Assembly: GCA_030141605.1 (NCBI GenBank)
Contig: JAQGDQ010000187.1
Coordinates: forward strand, 186,001-250,000
Length of the DNA: 64,000 bases
DNA from: Tubiluchus corallicola
Taxonomy: Eukaryota > Animalia > Priapulida
Reading direction: 5' to 3'
Positions 49,500-61,400 of this stretch are shown piece by piece (position 1 is the first letter of the stretch; every line of letters starts with the position of its first letter). The translations under genes and the position numbers were made by a program. The notes under the pieces were generated by a model that saw only the letters and a program-made list of their open reading frames with translations, was not told the DNA's origin and did no database searches.

Positions 49500-52148
49500 T
49501 TATCGCCATTCGGTACGTTCACTCTTGTACCGGTCCACCAATCTGCCGTCTTTTCTTTCACTCGCGTCATGTTTTCTCGTTTTTCACAGTTTAGCAACGG
49601 TACTCGGTTTCCGTCTTTTTTAGTTCTGTACAAGATAAGTCCATTATGGCTGTCATCCTATTATATAAGTGTACCGAATGACCTTCAGCGGTAATGAAGC
49701 TTAATGAAAAGTCGTTGAAAGCCTGTACATGCCAGATCATGGGATATCTGGTTACTGGCACTCTGTAATCCCAGTCTTATTAGTTTACAAACATCCACTT
49801 CTCAAAGTCTGCCAGTTCCAGTCGAAAAAGTTTTCTGCGTTTTTAGTCGTTTTGTAACTTTATTTCCTAAGCAGATTGATTTAAACGATCTATAAATGAC
49901 TATAATTGCAATAGGCCACATATTATTTCCATGTAATTTATATGCATTTTTATATAGTTTTTCTATATAGTTTCTTATGAGATCTTAATTGGGGATTTTT
50001 TATTGGTTTGATTCTGCCAATTACTTCAAAAAACTCGAAAAATAGGGCCTAGCTTATTGAGCAAAGGTTATTATAAGGTTTTCAGCGGGGGTGCACGATT
50101 TTGTCAAAATAGATTTACTAAAATGGCTGGGTAAAACTTACTTGAATTTTGGTTTATCGTAAGAAGAACAACAGAAGAACATCGACCCCAACGTCAACAA
50201 TCTCTAGCTAAGGAGGTGATTAGATATCTTTTTGTTCAGGCGAATTAAAAACCATTTTCCGTAGGTTGTATAGATAGTTTTTATAGAGCTTGGTCTCCGG
50301 TATCCCTGCAACACAAGATTTTTAGCTGTATTGCGTGTCGTGTCACATAGGTACACAGATGCATTTTTAAAAGGAAAAATTCTATAAAGCTACCCTTTTA
50401 TTAGAAGCATTTACCACAATTTAAACGTTATTTGCGAAATTATAATGCTACAGCATCAAAAATGTGCAAATCGCTGAAATGGAAGATAGTCAGCCTGCTT
50501 TAAAGTAATTGTGTGACTTTTGCCGTAGAATTAATTGGAGCCTTGCACTTTTACTTACCTACATTGGGCATGTGGAAAATAAATGCCCCAAAGCGCGCGA
50601 AGCCACTTTATTTGGAAAGCTCGTTCGCAGAACTCTTTGCCCTTCAGGCTTCTCACACAATCTTTTCTTTGACGTTGAATTTTCCTAGATATAATATGGT
50701 ATTGTGGCACTAATCTGCCTGACATGATTACCTTTTCTGTTGATGATGATGTCTACACGTCTAAGCCGATTATGAATGAGAAATATCTCAGTAACTCTCT
50801 CCTTCTGATAGGATTTACCGCGGTAGGTTCTTGAAATCCGAGCCCTGGCTGCTCCTGTTAAAACTCGCATGTTGTGTCTTAATAAAAAATACATTTCTTG
50901 TTTTTGCACTGTTTGTACTGGGCTATGTGGCTGCAGTTTTTCTGAAAAAGATGTGAAATTCTTGCTCACATAAAAATCCCTATGTGGCTGTATTGTTTTT
51001 TCACAGCCTTCTGGTGATTATGAGTTATTTAGGTTGTCTTGTCCCGGCCCCTTTCTCGTTCTTAGCATTGGTCGTTCTTACTCGACGAATTCACGTGCCC
51101 CCCCCCCCCTCCTGCAGTAACTAAGGTACCGTGAATTGATTTCGTTTCTGCAGGCACTATAGATTTTCCTTATTCTTTTGAAGGTTTTTCGTATTAGCAC
51201 TATGTAAAAAGAGTAACATAGTTAATATTTTTGGTATATTTGGCCCTGATTGCTTTGTTTGTAAAAAGAAATCATTGCAGGTTATTCTCATTCATTGTAG
51301 CAATTTCAAAAATAAAAAATAGCTTTGTTCGTTGTTAACAGTGTTTACAAATAATGATTTACATTTATTAATAACCTGCACATTTGACAAGTCGTATCCA
51401 AGAGCATTTTCCGAAGACAATGAAAGTTTTTTAATGCGTATAAGAATTATTGTCCTAGACTTTTTACGCCTCTTTACAATTACGGTCTCTGTAGTCCCTT
51501 TCATTTACTTTACACTAGTTTTTATTTATTTTTTATTTAAGTATATATTTATTTATATAGCTTTATATTGTTCAAAGGTCACGATTAACAGGATTAACTC
51601 AGAATTATTTCTGAGTTTTGAGATTTTTAACAGCAGTTGCAGAAGAGAAAGGCTAGCTAGCTATAAATGCGGCTTAGTTTGCTCGTCTGTCCGCTAGAGT
51701 CTAGTGGTTACAGAGAAAATGATCAGTGGGAAATAGTGCACCACGAATTTGTTTCACTTTTCGTCAGCTGAACTATGAACTTTAACTGAATAGTACGTGT
51801 TACGTTACTATGGTTGAATCTGGGTTGTACAGCTAGTATGAATGAGAAGGGATGAGATTCAAGGAAACATAAATAGCAGAAAATTTGCAGACGGGTTTCA
51901 AGAAGAATGCTTCTTTTTAATAGCACACGTTTTAACTACTTAGACTAAGGCTGTTTTTTCGGAATTCCGGTGTGGTTTCTGTAAATGATTTAGAACAACG
52001 CCAAGGGACAGTTTTGATCCAATTCAGTCTTCTAGCGGTAATCAGCAGCGGCGGCCTTGCTTCGGGTTTAGTCCCGGTGTAGTTAATTTCTGCTCTGCGT
52101 TCATTGATTAACTTCGCTTTGATGCCTTTAATTACGCTGGAATATCCG
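49500..52148 (-). pseudogene. Decayed intron-containing gene with SAP-like and PHD-like remnants (probably transposon-borne)
   Basis: GT-AG-bounded segments 50732-50854 and 50559-50684 (47-nt intron) plus an acceptor at 52149. Peptides IKAKLINERRAEINYTGTKPEA (SAP-like) and LCEKPEG..IKWLRALWGIYFPHAQC (PHD-like), with stops and frameshifts. Confidence 0.3.
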
Positions 52149-54372
52149 CTGTAGAAAACGATGGGGAAAGGTATATCGCAACGAGAGATTTGTGTTACAG
52201 CTGAAGGCAGAAAAAATAGAAAATGTCAGTACTGGGCAAATGCACTTTATTCATTAATGGCTCTTGAAGAGAAAAGGCCATGCATACCCTAGTTCAGTAT
52301 AACAACAATAAACGTACTTTTTTGAGGCACACGTGCCCATTTACCGTCCACACATATTCGACATACACATGTCTGGGGATCTTTTTGTGTTTGTTGTTAT
52401 TTTATTATCGTTTCATCACTCAAAAGGTGCAAGTTACTGAAATGTAGAAATTTCAAAATGGTATAACGTAAAGAAGTTTGTTGTCAGTAAACGAAACGTC
52501 GTTTTTCTGTGAATGAAATTTTAAATTTCTCTTGTAGTCTATCGTTTCTTGTATTGATATTATGTCAGACCAAGTTTGCCACACGCTAGCCGGTTTATTC
52601 CAAAACTCTCTATGGATACTTACGGCCATTAATGCTAAACAATAAGGAACATAAGTTGTAATCAATTTCTATGTTAAATGTATGATATCCGCGTACATCA
52701 GGTTAAAATATAGCACGTTCAAGGATTATCTAACGCTTTGCTTTCCAGTATTATGTTGCTGCGGTTTAGTTTTTTTCATATAGTTTAAGAACTAAGTCTG
52801 TTAAACACAAATAGCCGCTTTTTCGAATGTTAAGTGGTTTGGATTGCGCGAGTAATAATAATACGATGACTATACGTATTTGAACTGATTTACATGTTCG
52901 ATTTGGATTTCTAAAATGTCATTGCATTTTAATTGCCATGATAAATTACAGAATTGCTAGATAACTGTGATTACTGGTTTCTTCTGATTTCAGAAATCAA
53001 TATGTCAGTAAGGTCACCTCAAGGTCATAAATTTAATTGCTACTGCAAGGACACCGATTCATTAATGAAAATGATACTGGCCTATAAACAGCGTGCCTAT
53101 TTATCTTCATCTCGTCAAGGAGGCTTATTTGATGTAAGACGAGAGCTCAAGCTGTTTCATTTCCTCGTGATAGTTCGCATAAAATGAGATAAATGTTTTC
53201 TGTGCATGAAATTTGTATGAACTTTCCCGCTGTTTGTTGCATTTACCATAACGCTGTAAATAATTTTATAAATTTTATATGAACCATGGAATCAGCGGGC
53301 TTCGTGCTTTTTGCATTCTAATGATTCCTGGATCACCACAAGTCATGTGGGCATGTGGAGATGGATTAGTCAACAACGAACAAAAAAGTGGAAAGATTTG
53401 AAATTATTACGAATCCAAAATAGCACGGCATTCGCCTTGAACATCTCGTGTTTCCGACACTGGCGAACTTAAAAATAAATTGCTGCTTTAGCTCAGTGCG
53501 ATTTGCCTTCTCTTCGGCACTTACATTTCCTTGAGAAGTCTAACATGTAGCGTTATGTCAGGTCTTTTTGATTACCATTGTTAACACCGATTAGTTATGT
53601 GGATGTAGCAGCTGATACAGTGTCTTATCATTAGTACAAGTGCTAACGTGTGCATTAAATTCTACATGCACCTGATTAATTTATCACAATAATCTAAGAC
53701 ACTGTTCGTTCTCCAAGTGTATTTGTTTCTACAATACGCCATTTTCTGCACTTTATATTTTAACACGCCATTTTCTGCGTAACTATTAAACCATTCATGA
53801 TAAATTATATATCAAACCTATCGTCTCGGCCTCCTACTGTTTCTGTAGGTTGTTCATTTTTTGTTCCGGGCCGTGCAAGAGGAACGGAGGAGGAAAACCA
53901 AAATGGTCTTTTTACCTGTTTTTCGGCAAAACTTGTAAAATTGCGAAGAATGGGATCGCGAGAGATGGTGTGCTATATATCGTCGGAAAGAGCTTTCAAC
54001 GTAGAGTGTAAAAAGTAATAGCTCAGTTTTCCGAAAGGCAAACCAGCTCCCCCAATAAGCGTTTTTCCTAACCCATCCACCCAAATTATCAGAAAAATGT
54101 GCAAACAAGCCCTAAAAAATCGGTTTTTGAAGCTGTTTGTGCGACTTGGAAAAAAGAAGCACATTTCTGGAAAAATAAACGAAATGGTCTATGAAATGCA
54201 AATATATCGCTTAAAGAGATGTACACTTAATGAAATACGACAGGTGTATTTCAGAGTTCTTTTTCAAATTTCCCCATTTGCGCGTTATTTTGTTCCGGGT
54301 TGTTCCTGTGAGAATGCCTAGTGGATTAAATGCCTATGTAACCCCCAACAGACATTGAAGTTCTTTTTAATG

Positions 54373-54513
<141 letters not shown>

Positions 54514-54677
54514 ACAAAGAATTTATGGTTATAATTAAACAAAAGAGAATTATAAATTAAATAACTTACTTTTTCTGGCGAATTTCGAGCGCGTGCATTG
54601 TCCGTGCATTGGCGCGAGTGAGCGAGACTGACGTACGAGGTACGGAAAGCTTCTTTGGTTCCCGATGTTTGTTTTAC

Positions 54678-55189
54678 CGATCTTTGGTGACCTAGTGACT
54701 GTACTCATAACGTCATTCGTCTTGCGTACAGTACAATAACAGATAAAGGCACTGTTGCTTAATACGTATAATAAAAGCTACTAAAAACACGCCATTTATT
54801 TCATTTTATTAACAAAACTAAAATAATGGACATACAAAAATTGCTTAATATGGAATAGAATATTCTTGCCGCACGAATTTAAACTCCTTGTTTTTTAATA
54901 TTATAAACAATAAAATAAACGCAAAAAAGATGTTTTCGGACACGCGTGCAGTATACTGGACAGACATATTCAGTTTTAAAGGGACCAGGGACCATTGAAA
55001 GCACCAGGAAAGATACCTGATGCCAGACTTGCAGTCCTCTGCTTAGTACCTGCCAAACGACTTTTATTATGGACCGTTAGACCTTTGTTATGGTTTAGCC
55101 CAGGCGCATCGGAACATTACTAGTGCCGGACTTGGTGACACGATCTTTGGTGACCTAGCGACTGTATTCATAACGTCATTCGTCCTGCG
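54678..55189. repeat. 49-bp direct repeat flanking a chimeric insert of two transposon pieces
   Basis: 54678-54726 vs 55141-55189 are 46/49 identical. The insert is homologous to 45213-45483 followed by about 47150-47250. Confidence 0.75.
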
Positions 55190-56099
55190 AAAAAATTAAT
55201 GGCGGTCCTTCAAATTTAATACCGCTAACAACGAAGTGATGAAAATCTTAAGAAACAAGTTTTACAGTATGTTTGTATTAAAATAAATATATTGTAATAA
55301 GAGTAGGATTTTATGTTGTAAAAGTTTAGTGTATATTATAGTGAGGATTTACTTTGACTTAAATATATTAAAAAACAGACGAAAATAATAGCCATACTCA
55401 AATATTTTAGTTTGTACTAATAATGAAGTTTCAAATAATTAAAAATATACATGAATTGTTTTCCTACTTTAGATGTTCATTAACTGAGACAAGCTAATGC
55501 ACTGTAGACAGAATTCTTTTTTTCACTTAATAGCGTGTCTTATTCACATTAACCGTTATAGTCAAAGACATGTTCTACGTCAATAAAAATTGGATATCGC
55601 CCTATGAGATGGTATTACATTAGGCAAATTTCATGTGCTGCAGTTACGTTAGGCTTTAAACAAACCAAAACAGATTGCTTGCATAAATCAATATGCAATT
55701 TGTTTTTCGTCGTTCTGCATTGTGATGACATTTTGAACAAAGATATCTGTCAATAAAATATCAAGTCAGGATTGTTGATAAGGGATGTCATCAAGAACCA
55801 TAAATTTACTAAGAGAATGTTGGTTGCCTTTTGCATTTCCTCTTAGGGAAAATGCGAGACGTTATTAGTATGATATATTACGATTTTATTCGAGAAGAGA
55901 CTATTTTTATAATTTGTTTTACAAGTCTTCAGAGAAGTTTAAATTCTGCTGAGGGAATTAAATCAAATTCAAGACACACACACACACACACCATGAATTG
56001 TTGCTAGTGTTTTATTTTATCTTTCAAGAAATGATGCACTTCATCATTGATCATTTGGTTTCTTTTTGTTGGGTTACATGATAGGCCTGATAAGAAATC

Positions 56100-57135
56100 T
56101 TCTATATAAAATATACATAGGTTATTGACAAATTCAGCATTTTTTACAGCCAAGTAAAATAACAAAAACGTAATATATAAAACAATTTGTCCATTGACAA
56201 GCGAGACGCATTACAACAAATATAATTTTAGTGTAATATTAATTGCAGTCGTGAATATTTACATGCGTGTGAAAATTAATTAAAGATCATTATTTTCACA
56301 AACTTTATCAAGTTTATACAAATATTTGGCTTTGTTTACAGTATGTTATGTCATGAAAGAGTTGATATGTTCAACATCGTCAGCATCTTTAGTTTCGGGA
56401 CATTCTAAGACCGCATGAGTAAGGGTCTGAACAACATTCACAAACTGACACATTCTATTTTCCCGTCTGGTCTTGCTCCACCTGCCAGTCTCAAGTCGTA
56501 GGTGGTGATTTCCTACTCTGAATATTTGAAATGATTATCTTGTAATGTTCGGTAAGAACGCTCTTATCATAAAGTAAGGAAGGTTTAGTCAGCTCGAGGT
56601 TTATACTACAGTATACACCGTGTTTCGAGTCTGGGTCATTTCTGAACGCGAGAAGTCGTTGGCGGGCTTTATCTATATATTTATTATCAAAAGTCTTCAT
56701 TTTGCTGCCAGTACTGAAAATTCGAAACTCATTGTTCTCGTAATGTTGAACACATATTTGATGCGTTATCTACGAGCAATGTTTAAAAGTCTACAGATAT
56801 GACTATCAGGGATATCACGACAATATTTACTGATCTTTAGCCAATAATTAAGCTGCAGTGATCTACCTTTTCCCTAAAGTGGTTTGCTATCACTTTCAAT
56901 ATATACCATCTCGTTAATAGTATTCTGATTAGTACCTAAAGCAATTTTTAATGCTTTTCTATGTAATTCTTTAGTTTAGCAAGAGGAGCACTACTCCAGT
57001 TTTCAGTAGAGTACAAAAGTGATGAAATAACACAGGCATTTAAAATTTTCATTTTTACATCAAAAAGAGCATTACGATGCCGCGACACAAAGTTGGCAAA
57101 TCTAACATTGTGCAATCTAAATGCATTCATATGCT
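56100..57135 (-). mobile_element. Decayed LINE 3' fragment, same group as 47780-48752
   Basis: VKMKILNACVISSLLYSTENW, ALKIALGTNQNTINEMVYIES and LETGRWSKTRRENRMCQ..VQTLTHAVLECP. Confidence 0.85.
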
Positions 57136-57489
57136 TTCAGATGTAAGAACAGTAGTTTTACTAACGGCAGTCTTTTTCCATGTTTGATTATGTTTCGTAC
57201 ATTTGTTGTCGACTCTATAACCCACGGCCCGACTTCGGCGTGGCTATCTGTAGGGTGTAGACTTGTTTATCAGAGCTTTGCTTGCGTCACTTCGCCTCGT
57301 AAAAACAAACACTTGGCTTCATAATAATTACGTAATACTTAAAAACTGCGAGCATAAAATAACGCTGTAATTACGCCTAAATCGATAAAACCTTCTTGTA
57401 TGAGATTTATGCATGAAATTTTAATGTCAAACAAAAACTTCTTATAAGAAGCAATTTTAGTGTCAAACACAAGGCTGTATGGGTTAGCC

Positions 57490-57725
57490 CAGTGGTTCCC
57501 AAAGTAGGGGTAAATTACCCCCCGGGGGTAATATGGTTTTGGGGGGGTAACGGGCACCCCTCTGAAAATTTTTAAAACTTCGCTCGGAATGCATTTTACG
57601 TAGTTTTCTTCTTGAAGAGAAGTGTGTTTACTTTTTGAGTTGGAGAAGTAGTACTAGGTGGGGGTAATGGACACGACCGGGTTTCCCGATTTGGGTAACG
57701 GTCCGAGAAAGTTTGGGAACCACTG
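57490..57725. mobile_element. hAT (Buster/Charlie-type) MITE, 236 bp
   Basis: TIRs CAGTGGTTCCCAAA and TTTGGGAACCACTG. Perfect 8-bp TSD GGTTAGCC (57482-57489 and 57726-57733) with central TA. Confidence 0.93.
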
Positions 57726-58359
57726 GGTTAGCCAAACAATAATTATTGTTCTTGTTTACCGAAATATACACGATTTCTTTCTTTTATAATAATTAAAAAT
57801 TTTAGCAGCCAAGTAGGTGTCTTAATCTCAATAGAAGTTTTACAAAGGTAGGAAAGTCTTAGTACGTAATACGTGAATTTTGGTGGGGGTTGGGGAGGGG
57901 TGATGGAGCTGATGATGATGATGGAGCTGTAATTAACTGTATTTCCTGCCTCCCTTAGATGAATCACGTCTCGAAATAATTTAGCCCAATTTTATCTAAA
58001 CTTCAGATTTGCAGCTGGTAGGGAAATTTTGATTAGAGGTTTGCATATACGCTAAATTATTGGTATGTGCAGAATGTGACGGCCCTTCCTAAAGCGCGTG
58101 TTAAGGGTTCTGTGTTATTTCCCTAACGTGTAATGTCGTCACTGTTGTGATGTAATATTTAGAAGAAATTGACAATCTCTAGTAGTCTAAATAAACTGGG
58201 CATTAAATTCAATTGCTTTATTTAATTAAAAATACAATATGCATGAAAAAAACTGTGCACAGATCATTGAAGCAAAACTGTACAAGTATATACGAGGCAT
58301 ACAAGCATACCGGTACCGGGTTTACCACGTCGGAGTTCCAGTCCTGGCATTAACTGCGT

Positions 58360-58480
58360 CACCATTCCATTTCCATTCCATGAAGATGGTTTCATCACAA
58401 GACTTTGTAAACATATGTGCAACATTTCATTCCATTCCATTCCATGCGTTATCGATTCATACCATACCATCCGTCATTCG
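58360..58480. repeat. Degenerate (CATTC)n pentamer tracts
   Basis: ccattccatttccattccat..ttcattccattccattccat..cataccataccat. Confidence 0.6.
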
Positions 58481-61400
58481 ATTCTACCAAGTTCCGACAG
58501 CCGCTGGCAGTTCACCTCGAGGACCACCACCCCTTCGCCTCACCACTGACACGATAGCTACAAATTCCTCGTGAGTCTAGCTTGCTCGACTCCGTCTGCC
58601 AACTTGCTGGGAGTCTCGCCAATACAAGTCTAGATTAAGTTCCGTATTCCATTGACCATATTAACATGCCGTTTCTATTCCGTTTATATCATTTGAGGAA
58701 GTTCCACAATAGTATAAATCAAAACATCTCAATCAATCTCGTTAGAGATGTTCGAACTGAGCAGTGTGGGCAGACTTTAGACGTGCCTGCCACACGCAAC
58801 AATACGCTCAGAAACCAAGTATCAACTGTCCAGGTAGATCGAGAAATTCACTTCTCCACGACCTGTAGGAATCACCTGTGTTTATGCATTTTTAAAATAA
58901 CCAATGAGAGGCAAGTATGCATTTAACATAACTAGGTTACCTGTGCCGATTTCACAGCTGTACATACGCAAAACTAAACTGCTTCATCTGTTCACCTCGT
59001 AAAGAAGTATTTTAAGTTCAAATAACTCAGTACTATAATATTGCAACATATCAATATTAATCTAATTGTTAAGAATAAAAATAAAACAGTGTTTATTTGG
59101 CTTGCGCAGGCATTCAAAATAAAAGATCAAGCTTGGACAGTAGTACGTCCGATAGTGCACGAAGATAGGGCGCTATCACACAGAACAAACTGATTGTATC
59201 CCCCGTCTCCTTGTGGTTTAGTCCATGGATGTTACCCTATTTTTTGGAAGAGCATTTTAACCTTTTGGCTATTGTTCTAGATTTTTGTCATTGTTTGCCG
59301 CATTTTCAGCATTCATTCGTGCAAGATTGCATCTCTGCCGCTTGTTTGTTTTGGTGATAGTCTTGTTTTCCCGAAAAGTTCCTGAAGGCTACAGCGAATG
59401 TGCCATGGTGTTATTTTACCCATGCGGTTCGAGCGGAAATAGTTGTCGCCGAGCCTGTGCAAAAGAAAAAGAAACAATTATAGAGCGCCCATGGCGTTGA
59501 GGAAGCCAGTGTTTGAAAATTTTACCACATGGCTTCGCAATGTTTTTGCCGTGAGTTTTAGATGCGCCTCCTATTAAGTTATACTGTTCCTTTTTCTCTC
59601 GCGATTTGTGGTGCATTTGTTTATTTGTTCCAAGTCTGAGGTGCACTTTACTAATTAGTTTAGTGACTTTTTTCAATTTGGCATTGCCTGCATGGGGCTG
59701 TGCAGTGCCATGAATTATTGTTGGACTGATCTATTTGAACACAAACTGTTTCAGAATATGGAATTAAATAAAATTTACTCCGTTGGCGACGCATTTACGA
59801 AAGGTTTTATTACACTGTATCCAAATTTAACTGGAACAATCTACTAAACGAGTATGAAACATGATACTAGGAAGAAAAGCTAGCGGGTTTCTGGAAATCA
59901 CATATTGTTCTTCCTCAAATATGAGTAATATCACAATCACAGGATCTCATAAAAATCTGCTTAAACATTGGCTTGTTTGTAATGTTTAGTTTTTGAATGA
60001 ATCGCAAAAGCCTTTTAATATCAAATCTAACATTTCAATCGATTTTGTTAGAACGGCACTGTGGCTGGGGACATTTAACTTTTCTCAAATCTAGATGCGA
60101 CCTAGATAGAGTTTGTTTTAATTTGCTTATTAATTTACTTGAAACTGATTAATTAATTTAATTTAACTGTATCAGACGCTCAGCATCAATTTTAAATTGA
60201 CACAGAAATGTAACAGATAATACAAGTGAGTAAAAAAATTAGGTGTGTTCTTTGTTCTTTATTGTTTAATTAGTGTTAAATCATATTTATTGCATTAAAT
60301 GATTACATCTTAAGGTGTTTAATTACCAAATTTGTCAATATTAAATAGTGATTTTTATGTAAAAGAAAATATATTAGGAAATTTAAATAATTAGAGTAAC
60401 TTCGTGAACAGTGAAAATGTAGCCAATAAATAAGTTCATCTGTAAACTGAACTGCATTATTTAAAAGTCAATTTAAAAATCAACTTGATTTCATACTCTA
60501 ATGGCTTTGACATCTACAGTGCGACATCTACTGACTAAATATTGACATTTTGCTCTTGGTATTATAAAGCAACTAACCATATGACGTGCCTAATGCAATT
60601 AAGTGGGAAAATGTCAAAAATAATTGCCGTTATTAAGGAAGAATGAGATTATTAGGTTAATGGGTGGTTGTTCGAAGGAATTCGACACTGAAACTGCATT
60701 TTTCTAACAGTAAGCAGCCATGTTTATGTAACGGAAAGATTCAGTGTCTAGACCTGTGCTGGCGAGCTTTCAAGACGTACAACTAACATACATGTATGCG
60801 GGGTAAATTTTAAGCTATTAAACGCGCACTTAGTCAGCAAGTTGTTGAAAAAATATCCTACCTAATCAATAGATTTGCTTATAGTAGGGAGGAAACGGAC
60901 GGGTGCTTAGCGACTTGACGCAATGATATCATGTTTACGGACATCGGTTATGTATTTGCTAATGCAGCAGGCCTCCGTCGTATTTGATAGCCTACAGTTA
61001 CGACGGCTCATATGTCAAACAAGAGCACCCTGAGATGAAGCCAATACTTGAAAAGAAATCTGTAGCTGTATCACCCAGCTATCTGTGCAGTACCATCTAG
61101 AATTAATATGACTGTTTTTGAATGAATTAATATGGCTACTTTCTTTATTTAACAGACGTTTCACTCCAGGTGCTTCACTGGATCTTCATCTACAATGTTA
61201 ATTACATTTAGTATCTTAAAAGTAAACGTTCAGTAGTGTTTACATACCATTTTTGATACTAATTGTCACTGATAATGAGAATGCTGTACGTGAAGCAAAA
61301 CGTTTGTTAAAATGAATTCTGTGCTACTCTGCCAATTTTTATTAATGTTTCTGAATTAGTCCTGGCAGTAGTGCAAGCAGTAACTCAATAACTAGATTCA

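Noticed and set aside
37023-51125. Identical AG|TAACTAAG|GT 8-nt microexon-like strings at 37023 and 51118
   Set aside because: A shared 13-mer is expected by chance in 64 kb of AT-rich DNA, and the second copy lies antisense within the decayed minus-strand gene. The 37023 site alone has good splice signals but no supporting partner.
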